DNA of 60,481 bases, the filler included, from Sluysia triapertura (taxonomy: Eukaryota), in assembly GCA_046118255.1 (NCBI GenBank). It is 4 parts of 4 records of this genome, joined end to end, with 100 filler letters (N's around TTAATTAATTAA, not from the genome) between each part and the next. Parts side by side here need not be neighbours in the genome. Positions count along the whole stretch, not along the records: positions 1 to 15,977 come from JBJNIA010213698.1; positions 16,078 to 31,540 come from JBJNIA010227458.1; 2 more parts are not named here. One strand, 5' to 3'. Numbering within the stretch: the first letter of the stretch is position 1; the number at the start of each line of letters is the position of its first letter. The notes below the pieces were generated by a model that searched no databases, was not told the DNA's origin, and saw only the letters and a list, made by a program, of their open reading frames with translations. This document shows, one piece after another, positions 11,154 through 24,072 of the stretch. The translations under genes were made by a program, and so were the position numbers.

Positions 11154-14100
11154 CTTGCTTACTATATTTCTGTCTTTGTTAGATTAACTTTGGAAAATCA
11201 AATTGCAAAAGTTTAGAATTGTGAATGCAAGAGTTCATAATTTGATATTTTATTTCTTTATTAAATCATATAGAACTTCAGTAAATCTTTTATTTAATCA
11301 ATATTCAAAATTCAGCATTGGAGTACCTTAAATAACAAATGATTGGTTTTTATTATATTTTAAACCTACAATCGAGAAAATATTTATGTAAGTTATATTT
11401 ATTATAACTATATTTATTATTTTACTATTTTAAGGTTCAAATTCAATTTCTCTATAATTCAACTTACACTGTTTTTTTCTTTTAACTAAACCAATTTAAT
11501 TCGTTGCTCAATTTTGGTTTATACTTACCCAATTATTTCAGTCAACTTCGTGTACAATTGTTTAATTAAGATTTCGCTACCGAATAATAACAAGATAAAA
11601 ATATATTTCACAATTTTACAACACATTCTAAATGGAATTAGAATGTTAAAACAAGTTTGAAAAGACTTTACAAAATTATAATAATTTATAAATCGATACA
11701 CAATATTATCATGGTCTATTTATAGTTAAATTTCATTCAATCATGCTATGTCACGATGTATTTGTTTATCATTTTATGTTTTAAGTTTTATTGTAGACTA
11801 ATGGTTATCGTATTTTATATAAAAAATTATAATAAACTATCTGTAATATAATAATAAACTATAGCCAAAATGAAAAAGCACAATAATAATAGATTCAAAT
11901 AATAAATTATAGCTATTTTATCATTGTAAATGTTACAAACTTAAAAATAAAGTCTTACAAGTGGAATGTGTTAGTAATAACGGTTACACTCTATCAAAAA
12001 CCATTTTTAAATTGGGCCTTTCAAACTTCATATATAATTTATTTGGTTTTTAAAGATTTTTAAAAACCTACGAAACGTTAATAAACCGAATTTTAAAATT
12101 CTAGGTTTCATTGATCTGTTTAATAAAGATTAATATACAATTTACTATTTCATCTCGCTGAATAGCGGAAAGTAAATCTATCAAATTAAAGAGTTGAAAA
12201 TTATTGTAAATTACATACTATTTAATTCTTTGCTTTTTAAGACCAAATCTTAAAAATCTGTTTAAAGAGGATCGAATATAACATTTATATTCTGGAATTT
12301 TCCAGAATTCTACTTGATTGTGATTGCCGCCAGTTCAACTACAAAAACAATAATAAAAAATTTAATTGTTATTTTCAAAATGTGATCATACATTTCATCT
12401 ACCTTGTACTCTAAGTATTGGTCGGACGAGATTGAAATTAGACTGAAATTGGATCATTTTATTAGTTCTTATGTGAATCATTATGATATTATATGGCATA
12501 TTTTGTATAGGTAAACATTCACAGGACATATAACCTAATTTTAGAGATTTTTTTGATCATCGATTGCGTGAACTGATTTTGTTTTCATTTATTCCATTGA
12601 CAATTTTAAAGGTTGTCATTTGTATTCCTTACTTTAGTTTTTAAAATTTTTTCATGACTTTAATTGGCAAACCACATTTTTGCACTTTTTTGAGAGACTT
12701 ACAAAATCCTACTTACATTTATTCAGTGACTGCTATTAAGATTTTTATCTAAATTTTTAACGGAATTTCTCTCTATTTACAAACTTTTACCTAATTTTAG
12801 TTGTGAATCCTTTCTGACGATTTTTTCCTTCGATTTTTATGACTAGTCTTTTTAATGCCAACTATTTAATTTTAATTTATAACTCAAATTGAGAGCGACT
12901 ATTTTCTCCTGTCGAATTGTATTTGCCAGTTTTTTTATTTATTGATTATTTTCTGTTGATTAGTTTTCCTAATTATTTTACTATCTCTGCTAACTTTCTT
13001 GATGGTTTATAAATAACTACATACACACTTCTTCTACCTAAACATCCAATGAAATGTTAGCCAATTACATTTTGAATCAAACTAAATTATTATTTTTTTT
13101 ACTTTTGTTTACAATTTCAAAGAACATGCATAAAATATTTATTATTTTTTTCTCCCACTCTTATTATTTATCTCTTTAAATTTATTAATTCGTTCATTGC
13201 GATATTGAAATGGGCCTTTAATTCTGCTTCTTTTTAACGATTTCCTGCTATATCTTCAAAGCGCTTTTTACACGATCATTTGATAATGATTTTTGTCAAC
13301 GATTTTTAATTCTTGTTGCTGCTGTGATTCTTAATGCTAATCTCAGTAATGCGTTAATCTGTAGTGCACGGCTTCTGGAGGCTTACCTACAGAAAAATCT
13401 ATAATTTAATTTTCATAATTCGGGGTCTATTAATAATTCCTTTTAATTCTATATCACTTGTTTTTCTTGAACAGTTTCTCAATTTTATTTTCTTAATTAA
13501 TCCTCCTCAATATATATAAAAAATAAATTCCAAACTATACGAATGTTTATTTATGCAAAGCGTAAAGAAGCTGTCTGAATGTCTGAACCTGAAATAATAA
13601 TAAAAATAAATAAACATTGATTTTATAAGTAAATAAAAAGTACTTACATTGAATTTTAACAAACAAAAGATTTATTTGATTTTATAATTTTAAAAAATAA
13701 ATAAAGCCATTAACTGATTTGATATAAAAACGTAGAGTTAACGAAATAAAACTCACAAGTAATTAGTTAGGTTTTCGTGACAGTTATTTTATGTGTATTT
13801 TGATCGTGGTTGATTTTTTAAAATTATATATGAAGTGTAAACAATAAAATGTTTTTATAACATGTGAGTCCAACTACAATCCTAGAATTACAAATTACGG
13901 CTAGACCGTAGGATTTCCAAAAATAATAATGTGTGCTATGGAGGTAAATATGATTCTGGAATAATAAATACGTTGCAACTAATTTACTCTCCTTCTTAAT
14001 AAGTTTATACCTTATTCCTTAGTTTTATCTACAACAGCGAACCCAAGGAATTTATGCAATTGATATTTAATTCTGGGTTTTTATTATAAAACGAATCAAT

Positions 14101-14609
14101 AGTTTTTTGTTTAATTACTCGGGTCACTTTGCTTAAATGAGACTTTTGAAAAAATTGTATTTTATTTCGGTTTCGTTTTAAATGATATATTTTAAGATAA
14201 TATTTTATTCAGGTTTATCCTTTAAATAAAACCTTGAAAAGAATAGTTTACTAAAATTTCTTTTTAAGTGAAGCCTTGAAAAATTTTATTGTTGTGTGAT
14301 TTTTGGATGTAATTTTAAAGTTTCTTCTATGAATTATTTCACAAATTTTTAAAAAAAACTTTACGATTATTTTACCGTGATTTCTTTTTAAATGAAACCT
14401 TGAATATTGGAATTTAGTGAAGTTCATTTTTTAAACGAAACCTTTATATTGTGTAATTTATATTAATATTTTGCATATTTCTTTATGAATTAGTTTATCA
14501 ATTTTATGTTAGTTATAAAGCTTTACATGTTATTTTTGTATTTTACAATGATTTCTTAAATGAAACTAAAAAAATTGTATTCTTTTTTAAGTAATCTTAT
14601 TTACAAACT

Positions 14610-15600
14610 ATGTTAGGTGTTTTTTAAATTGTGAGAAAAGTAGAATAAAGATTAGATCAAAACTGTGAATTCACCAACGTACTGGACTTACTAGCTAGGG
14701 CCAGCTGTTGGATTTGTGAAGCAAAAGTATCAAAGTTTAACAAAATTTAGGAACCTTAATGTTAGTTAAGTATGTTAAATGTCTGGAGGTATTTATGCTA
14801 ATTTACAAAATTTATCTAATAATTTAAACAAGATTTTTGGAAGATCCTTGGAAATAAGATCGATAATAATCAATTTATGAAGTTAGACTTATAATCTAAC
14901 AAAATCTATTCAAGTGACAATTTTATAATTAAAACTATAAAAATTACTATAAGAAAAATCAAAGAACAATAAATTTAACTTGAATGTTTATGATCTATAA
15001 AAATCAAATATTAAACAACAAATTATATAATAATAATATTTATATTACTTGGAATTAATCAATTCCCAAATTTTCTTATGATTTTAAAAAATTACTTTAC
15101 GAGGGATCTATTATAAGGTCCTAAATAGTTATAAAAATGAATTTAAGTGAATGCTACGACGATATCTTAAAGATATCTTTGTCTAATTAAAATAAACTAA
15201 CGTAACAAATCAAACGAATTAAAAAATTGAAATTGATCTTCAATCCTGATGCCAATGTTACGCGAAAGCCTATTATAACTTTTGTTTTTGTGCGATTGTG
15301 TTATGTCATTAAAATTATGCTTCTATATATAGTTGTTTTAGTCTGACCTTGGTCAGACTAAAACAAAACAATAAATATTTTAATAAAACAAAAAATAAAT
15401 ACTTTAATTTAAATTTACAAAAATTAATAAAATACTTTAGAAGTTTAATTGATTTTAAAAATAATGTAATTTCTTACTTTTTAATTCTTTAAATTCAATG
15501 ATTTTTGATTAATTCTATACGTTATTTCAAAAAATAAAATCAACATTTAAATAAAACTATAAATTATAATCGTGTACAAATAATCAATAAATCACATATA
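14610..15600 (-). repeat. LTR-like repeat family D, copy 2
   Basis: Reverse-complement similarity to 10046-11153. Confidence 0.7.
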
Positions 15601-15900
15601 TAAATTTGAATGACATATAAAAATTCCAATGTTCAATGTATGTAAATAGTTATTATATACTAATACACGCATCACAAAATTTTTAATTAGAATTCTAAGG
15701 ATATTATTTTAAAAATTTAAAGGTTATCAATATCAATTGTTCAAATTAAGAATACTCGAAATAATAATTAAGATATATTAATAAAATATGGCAAATATGG
15801 GTTAGTTAAAAGTGATTAAGCATAAAAGTTACAAATAGTATACACAATAATAATTTGTTAAGATTATTTTTTATTCTAATATTCTTTTAGTTCTATATTT

Positions 15901-15946
<46 letters not shown>

Positions 15947-15977
15947 TATTAATTTATATTGCGCTCATATCTACCGC

Positions 15978-16077
15978 NNNNNNNNNNNNNNNNNNNNNNN
16001 NNNNNNNNNNNNNNNNNNNNNTTAATTAATTAANNNNNNNNNNNNNNNNNNNNNNNNNNNNNNNNNNNNNNNNNNNN
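15978..16077. other. Artificial contig spacer
   Basis: N44-TTAATTAATTAA-N44, with stops in all six frames. The identical spacer recurs twice more. Confidence 0.97.
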
Positions 16078-17449
16078 GTGTTATCGCCCCTAAATGAACT
16101 TGTATTCACCACCGCCCCCTGGATCCTTGCAGCGCCCACTTTGGGAATCCATGGCATAAAGCATGAATATGATGATACAAAGCTTAATGTTGATATTAAA
16201 TTCTTTAATGTCATGGTGCTTGAATTTTTTAGGATTAATTAGACTGATTTTATTAATTTTATTAGGTATTTTAGTTATGTTCTTAACTATTGTTTCCTTA
16301 ACTTGTATTGACTCACTTAATATATTCTTATCTATTCTAATAATCGTAGATCCTTTTTCAAAGTATCTATGATCGTTATTGGTCCTTTGATTCCTTGTAT
16401 AGCAAAATGAAGTTGCTTAATAATTTAGCTTGATGCTGAATAAATATTATTATATGTCTATCTTCTGATAATAAATAGTCTTTGCATATTGTTACTGGAT
16501 ATTCCGTGTTTGGTAGAACGTGTCTATGTAATTCCCATATACTAAAATTAAGTCTTGCTGGATTGATACATATATATTGTGCTTTAATATTTTTTGTTCC
16601 CTTAATCTGAATTTCTTTATCGAAATTATAAGAATCCAAATATTTCGATTTGTATATCCTTTGTGATGTATCTGTAATTGTTATCAATGTTAGTAATGTA
16701 AGTAACATCATGCTTGGTATCCTATTATTAACTCTTATGATCCTATTGCAAGTAATTATATAGTAAATAGTAAATATCATATAAATTATAGTAAAAATTA
16801 AGAGTGAAACTATAAAAATATTGTGTATTTCCCACTTATTCTCCTTAATTATGTCCTCACTTACTTTCTTACTTACTTTCTTACTTAATTCAATAGTCGA
16901 ATTCATGATTCTATTAGGTAACATTGTACTTACTGTTTTATTTCTATCCTTATTCTTAAAAATGTCCATAAAATCGATTATTACTGACTTGTTATAAAGT
17001 GTAAACGCCATTATTTTGGTATATCGAATTGAATGTTTACATTTAAAAACATCATCTATTATTAGAGACTTTTCTATTATTAATGGCTCAAAATATATAT
17101 AATATATATTAAAATTGTAATTAGGAATCTCATTTTTGTTATCAATTTCAGCAGTCCAAAATTTATTAAAGGTATTTGTTAGAAAAATGTTCTGTTTAGT
17201 ATTAGTGTAACTTGTTAAATTCGCTGGATAAACCATAGTTTGTTAATTGAAATAGAATTAGCATAAAAGTTATCGCATAAAGATATTTATTAATTGAAAT
17301 TGTTCTTGCAAACATTATACTACTATCACTATTGCTAATACTAATATTATTATCAGTAGTATTATTGTCATTATTATTATCTGATCCGATATCTGAAGTT
17401 GAAGAAACTATGGTATCCCACCAATCGAGATTTTCCCAATTTGGCTTGG
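16078..17449 (-). pseudogene. env-like / membrane polyprotein region of a gypsy element (includes ORF 16376-17236)
   Basis: Successive hydrophobic segments: YLYAITFMLILFQL, IFIVSLLIFTIIYMIFTIYYIITC, MMLLTLLTLITITDT, IKLCIIIFMLYAM. Lies downstream of integrase and is frameshifted. Confidence 0.5.
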
Positions 17450-17899
17450 TTATGGTGGTAATACTGGATTTAATGGAGCAATTTGATAATTTTGTGGTTG
17501 TGCTGGTGGTATTGCTCTTGGCATCGGAGGTAAGACTAATTGTGGTAATACTACGTGCGTACCTAAAGGTATTTTTAAAAATCCTAATCTTCCGTGTATT
17601 ACTATATTCTCTAATTTACTTAATGCATTCATTCCTAATATAATATCATATGGGCATCTTTCCCAAACTAGTATTGTTATAAACAGATCTACATCTAAGA
17701 TTGCTTGTTGACATTGTAATAGTCCATTGAATAGGATATGTGAGCCATCTACTGAAAATAATCGTATTCCTGCTTGTTGTAACATATTAATTTTTAAAGC
17801 ATTTAGTACATTATAATTAATAATAGTATTATTCGAACCTGTATCTATGACTGCTCGTACCAACCTCTGATTAAACTTAATACTCTGAACCAGATAGTT
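17450..17899 (-). CDS. Retropepsin-type aspartic protease downstream of integrase, with a Pro-rich tail
   Basis: VRAVIDTGSNNTII...SVDGS...YDIILGMNAL: DTG active site, flap and ILG motifs. Confidence 0.85.
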   Translation of the reverse strand, partial: NYLVQSIKFNQRLVRAVIDTGSNNTIINYNVLNALKINMLQQAGIRLFSVDGSHILFNGLLQCQQAILDVDLFITILVWERCPYDIILGMNALSKLENIVIHGRLGFLKIPLGTHVVLPQLVLPPMPRAIPPAQPQNYQIAPLNPVLPP

Positions 17900-18589
17900 T
17901 TATATGTTGAAAGAAGAAGATATCATATTTATTGTACTTGCTTGTTTATCATTTACTAAATGGGTACTTGTTGGTTTTATCTCTAATTTAGATGATGTAC
18001 TTAATGACTTTGATGGTTTATCTCTAGTTTTAATTCTTGGTTTAATTTTTAATACGCTTTTTGTAACTTTCCTATCTCTTAAATTATATTCATCATTAGG
18101 CAACAATTTACATCGATTTGCACAACGAAAGTTTCTGCATTCATATCATTAGGTTTCTTTATATATAAATTGGTAGAAGTTGTTTTCATCACTTCATAAG
18201 GTCCTTTAAATGGTTTATGTAATTTTGGAGAATATCCTGGCTTTGCTATTGGATAATCCACTAATACTTTATCTCCTACTTTGAAATTATGTTCATTTGC
18301 CTTTTTATCATAATTATCTTTATAAGTTTCTTGAGTATAACTTATTTGTAAACCAGCGCGTTTCCATGCATGTTGTAAATTTTCTCTCATAATAGTCACC
18401 TATTCCGGAGTTTCCATATATTGTGATGAAGGTGGAACCCAATCTAAATTCACTGGCATGTTTGAATGTCTACCGTACATAAAATAGAATGGCGTAAAAT
18501 TAGTAGCAGGATGTACTGAGCTTCTATACGCAAACAGGCATGGTGATATATACAAGTGCCAATCTTTCTGTCTCTCATTTACATATGAT
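17900..18589 (-). pseudogene. Ty3/gypsy integrase C-terminal half
   Basis: DWHLYISPCLFAYRSSVHPATNFTPFYFMYGR...FKVGDKVLV...KLHKPFKGPYEV (GPY/F motif), then a YNLR tail. Truncated at 18589 by repeat B. Confidence 0.92.
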
Positions 18590-18822
18590 TGTAGTTTTGC
18601 AATTTATTTTATCGAAACATTAAATATTTTTACTTTAGATATTACTGTTAAGTTTTAGAAAGGATCTCTGCCCAAAATTTTTATTATAATCGTGATTATT
18701 CTTGGTTAAGTTAACTAAAAATATTTGAGTAACATAATTATTATTAACTTTCTAAATATTGATATTGTTAGTGTCTGTTGCGTCACTTCTGGTTTTTAGT
18801 TAGATTGTAGTATTTTTAATAT
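18590..18822 (+). repeat. LTR-like repeat B, left part (split by the family C insertion)
   Basis: Matches 38521-38742. The remainder is at 27413-27708. Confidence 0.85.
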
Positions 18823-19902
18823 CGTCAGAAGCATTTTTATAGTGTTTTATTTTGAAAATATTCAATATAAATATTACTTTTATTATAAATTATAAATCTA
18901 AATAAATCATAAAATTAATAAATAAATAAATTTAGAAGAAAATTTAATACAATTAAATTTAATAACAAAAAATTAAAAAAAATTTTAAATAAAATAAAAT
19001 ATTTTAAAATAGATTTTATAAGATTAATAAATACATAAATTTAGAAAAAATAAATTTAGAAAATTTAAATATTAAGATTTGTTTAAAATAATATTCGGAA
19101 TATTCTCGAATATATTTTGTTTAATTAAACTATTAAAAATAAAATGGACCAAAAATTCGCAGTATAAATAGGTAAGCAAATTTTTAGAAGGGCGATAAAT
19201 TAAATTTTTAGGCAAATTCAAATTTTCTGTTAGAACAAAATTTTTAAGAAGATTTACAGAAAATTGTTCCTTGTATCAACATTTTTCCATTCACAAGTAA
19301 TTTTATTTTGTTTAATTGGATTCACTGAAAGGGAATCATAAAATCGACTTAAAATCCATTTTTATTTTTATGCAACACCTTAAGAAGGGTTGCGAAGTAT
19401 CCTTATAAATTTCTTAACAACCAACCAAGGTTGAGTTGTCTCTTACAAAATTTTATTGTTATTGTAATTTAAAGTTTGTGAAATTTTAATTTTACTAAGT
19501 CTACGTTGTAAATCTTTTAAGTAATAAACTATAGTTGGTTAAGCTTTATTAATTTTTCGAATAAACTGATTTTTCGAAGCAACACCTTAAGAAGGTTTGC
19601 GTAATTTTTAAATTCATATATTTGTTTTAAAGCAACACCTTAATAAGGGTTGCGCAATTGTAAAATATATAGATTAAGAGATTAATTGAGAAATTCCTTA
19701 AGAAGTCAATTGTTCTTATACAGAAAAGTACAAGCAAAAGTATTAAAGTCTTTAATTTTTTTGAAATTTTAAGTCTTTACAGTTTTATGATTTTTAAATA
19801 TAAATAATAAAAATCCAATAGTGGTATAAATCGTATATATTAGGCGAAACGACTCCTTAGATATTTTGTAAGTAAGATTAAGATTTAAAAGAAATACTTG
19901 CA
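18823..19902 (+). repeat. 5' LTR of the family C element
   Basis: 19282-19902 matches 25334-25875. Ends TTGCA. TATAAATA at ~19163. Internal repeats GCAACACCTTAAGAAGGGTTGC. Confidence 0.85.
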
Positions 19903-19907
19903 AAATT

Positions 19908-19925
19908 TGGCGCCCGATTTGGGAC
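19908..19925 (+). promoter_or_regulatory. Primer-binding site, tRNA-Lys type
   Basis: TGGCGCCCGAtttGGGAC versus the canonical Lys PBS TGGCGCCCGAACAGGGAC, 5 nt after the LTR end. Confidence 0.85.
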
Positions 19926-20928
19926 ACTCGAAGTTCATTACTAAGTTAAATTGAATTACTATTAAGTTTGTGGTGGCTAACCTTTTCATTAAAAATTTAA
20001 AATCTTTTTTCACATTTATTAACATTTTACATTACTTTCTCAGATTTGCTAAAATCTATCGACGTATTTAAAACACCTCAAATACACGATCTTACAACAT
20101 CAAAGTTACATTTTCATCCAAATCAAATTTCACTCAAAACAATTTTAACTCACAATTTCACAACATTCGAATCACAATTTGATCTCAAATGAAAGATCAA
20201 TGAAAGATGTTAAAATTAATCCAAAACATTTCAAGTTCACAATCTTTCAACAAACATTCTTTAATATTTTAAGTCAAAATCATATAATGAAACTAAACAA
20301 TAGAAACTCAAAAGGAAAACAATTTTATTTATTTTATGTTAAGAAACTTTTATGTTAGCAAAAGAAAAATAATGTAAAGCAAAAGAAATAAGTTTAAGCA
20401 CTTTAATATTAATTTTATTTGTATTATTATTTTTTTTTCATGCTATCATTATTACTATTATTGCGGTCACTAACAAAAATTTTAATTTATTTTCTTTCAA
20501 GTTTGACAGACTTTTATTGAAAAATTTGAATCGCCTATAACCATTTTACATTTCTGAATTATTAGCTTTTAAAACTGCATGGTAACAGGCATTCATCTGA
20601 AATATTACAGGCACTTAATTGTATCACCTGACTCATTTCTCATTCGTCAATTAACTTTTATTCCTTTTTACAGCCACAATCGTTCTTTCATTGGATACCC
20701 AATCAGGGTTACACCTCACAATTATAAATGTGATATAAAGTCTATTTTAGTCTGATTGGACGCCCACTCAATATCATTTTTGTAAGTCTCATTATCTTTA
20801 TAAATGGATGTCCAATCACGAGATGTAAAGAAGAAAACAAAAATTTATTTGGAAATAAATATAATAACAAGTTAAAAAATTAGACACACAAATACAATTT
20901 GTAAAAATATTTAACATGTTCTCACATC

Positions 20929-22200
20929 ATGATGACTCCTAGAGAGATTACCACAAAGTTCGAAAAGAAAGTCTGTATATTCAAACCATTAAAAATTATG
21001 AGAGATTCATTAATAACATCTCATACTAGTCAATCTTATATGTATGAATATGAAATTAATCCAAATAATACCAGAGTCACTCTGTACCGATTTTTAAAAT
21101 TTAAATTAAATAAGCAAAAATATTCTTCACTATTAAAGCATGATCGTATATAAGAAGCCTAATATGTATCATCATCCCATTCATCAAGTGAGATTATCTA
21201 CTATTCATTCGAATATAGATCAGTTAGAGTCCGTCTATTACCGTTCATCGTGAATGCAAAAAGTGGTAAACTACAAAACATCAATTTTTTAAAGAAATTC
21301 ATGCAACATATTTTTAATGAAACCGATTTAAAATTCAGAGTTTTGCCAACAGATAATCCTATTCATATCTGTAATTATTTACATCCGGCAATAAATATAT
21401 TAAAGCATTAAGAAATCGCCGTTCTATTTAATAACAGACTATTTTATGAAATATTGTGGTTAATATATTTGAGAAAAGACAGAGACATAAGTTTTGGAGA
21501 ATCACTTTTAAGTATGATTTTATATAAGTCTACGAAATGATTGATAAAATGATTCCTTATGATGTTTTCCTTCCAAGTCGTAGAAAACTAGGATCAATAG
21601 AATGTAAAAGTATAGATGGATGTTTAATGCACGATCTAAATTATCTATAGTTTTTGAAACTACGAGTATTACTTCTTATCGTAATGAAGAATTTTCAGAT
21701 AAATATAGTTATACGAAATATATATGTACGAAAATGACCATTTTTCTCTCTTACCGCGAATTAAATAATACTTATTTGTATCCAACAAAGATTCAGTTTT
21801 CTAGATTTAATTTGTGTCAAATCAACAAGCCAAGTGTCGCAAGCTATTATACTCCTTCGATAATTGTATCTTTTACCGACGTCATCCACAAGAACATAAT
21901 CTATTTCGATCAGAGCAATGTCAATATCAATTAAATAAATTTAGTTAGTCTCGCAACTCAACAAGATCGAATCAATATTTTCATAATAATCAACAAATAA
22001 GTTGTATTAATTATGACGATTATATAATACGCATGAAAAATTTATTAAAGCCTATAAACATTAGAAAGGTTCATCGTAATTTAACAGCTAAAGAAAGTCC
22101 AATATTATATAGAAGCGATACTGAATACATCCATCTTATGAACGTTCCGGAAATAAAAGTAACTTTTATTCCTTTTAACCAAAAGTTATTATCTTGTTTA
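20929..22200 (+). pseudogene. Decayed extra ORF between the leader hairpins and gag (ORF X-like)
   Basis: Chain of ORF fragments interrupted by stops, with weak motif similarity to 1578-2090. Confidence 0.35.
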
Positions 22201-22881
22201 TTTTTATTTTAGGAATTCACATCCGCCGATAGTGTACTTGTCCTTTAATGCAAACAGCATGTTCAATGCCCCAAATAACTTCGATATTTTTAGTTATTGT
22301 ATATCATGTAAATTTAAAATATTTGATAATAAAATTATACTCGGTTTATTTGTTTTATTGTTGCTAAAGAAATTAAATAAATGTAGTTATTTTAAATTCA
22401 ATCTATTTCAAATCTTTAATCTTAGTAATGAATTTTTTGACATAATCATAGGTAATTTTAATAAGATAGTCATAATTTTAAGCAAATTTAAAGCATTAAG
22501 ATATATTTTAGTCCCAATTAAATATGCAAAACATAACCATACCCCAAAAAGTTGATAAGTTACTATTTGATTAATTGAATTTTCGAAGTTTATTTTCTAA
22601 GTTTAAGTTGAATCTTACAAGTTTGTTTGAAGTTTTGACTAATTGAAGTTTAAGTTTATAAGTTGAATATTAAGTTAATGTTTTATAACTAATTTTGTTA
22701 ATTGATTAAGTTGAATTTAAGTTTTTGATATTTGACTAAGTTTTTAAGTTTATTGTTAAGTTGTTTAAAGTTTAAGTGTTTATCTAAGTTTACATTTGAT
22801 TTGTTAAGAATAGATAGTAATAATAACCCTAAGAAAAAAATTAAGAGAACTTTAAGAAGCAACTCACTTGAAAGATTCACA

Positions 22882-23982
22882 ATGACAGTACCATTTGAAG
22901 AATTTAAAGATTGTATGACTCAACTGACTCAGAATATTAAGCCAATAGTAATACTCCCAGAAATGTGCAAGTTTAATGGCGCCGAGGAGGAACTTTGTGA
23001 TTTCTTATTTGAATTTGATAGCTTAGCTGAAGCTAATGGCTGGGCACAAATAGATAAGATTAAGAGGATACAATATTATTTAACTGGTGCTGCAATACAA
23101 ACCTATAAAGAGATAAAAGATGAACATAAACAAGATTGAAACACATTTGTCGATATCTTTACTGAAGAAATAGCATTAGAAGACATAGGAAAATACTATG
23201 CAAGAATGCATAATATAAGGGTGATAAACCTCATGAAACAGTTTATGAATTTGCCTGTGCATTTAGAAGTTTAGGGTCCAGAACCAGAATTGCAGATAAC
23301 AGAAGAGAAATAACATTAATAGATAAGTTTAAGTATGGGCTACGTCCCGAACTACGAATTTACGTAAATTTAATTGAGGATATGCCATTTAAGAACAGTT
23401 AAGAAATTAAGAAGTATTGAACCAACCAAGAATGAAAGCAGAAAAAATATAAGCTACATAGACGATAATAAAATACAAGAAATAATGTTAACGAATCCCC
23501 TAAGCATAATCCCCTAGAGAGTAATTTTATTAATAATAACAGTGGTTTTAATAGCAACAATAATAATAGTAACAGTAGCAATAATTTTCGAGGAAATAAT
23601 AGGATAAATTGAAATAATTTTAGGAACAATACGGGAAGAAACTATTCTGATAGAAGTAATAGAGGATTTGAGAAGAAACAACCAAATAATATGAGCTCAA
23701 GAGAGTTTGAACAACGCTCATTGCTACTATAGCCTAATAACCAACCTAATAATAACAATAATAATAATAAGAGATAAAAGTCCGACACGGTCAAACTATA
23801 ATAACAATTATAAAACTAGAAAAAATATAGAAGATGATATAATATGCCATAATTGTGGTAGGCATGGGTATTATGCTCGAAATTGTAATAAGTTAAGATC
23901 AAACACATTTAAGCAAGATTTAAATAGAATGTCGAACTATATACAAGTAAAATTCGATAAGTATAGGATTGATAAATTGTAA
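22882..23982 (+). pseudogene. gag: Ty3/gypsy gag with zinc knuckle
   Basis: KFNG..FLFEFDSLAEANGW..K..IQYYLTGAA capsid motif and CHNCGRHGYYARNC knuckle. Several stops and frameshifts. Confidence 0.88.
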
Positions 23983-24072
23983 TTATGATGAGGAGTATGA
24001 AGATTACGAATATGAGAGAACACTGACAGATGAAGAAGAAGAAGAGATGTTAAGAGAATTTCGTAGGGCAAA

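Noticed and set aside
12200-13600. Decayed minus-strand coding-like region (similar regions at 5400-6250 and 41560-42660)
   Set aside because: No diagnostic motif could be read; needs BLASTX.
15978-16077. TTAATTAATTAA palindrome inside N runs (three occurrences)
   Set aside because: Artificial six-frame-stop spacer. Adjacency across the spacers is not reliable.
17332-18152. Hydrophobic plus-strand ORFs (17332-17643, 17904-18152; also 16163-16372)
   Set aside because: Antisense shadows of the minus-strand retroelement frames.
19372-19655. CRISPR-like palindromic repeats
   Set aside because: Irregular spacing, located inside an LTR of an intron-containing eukaryotic genome, and no cas genes.
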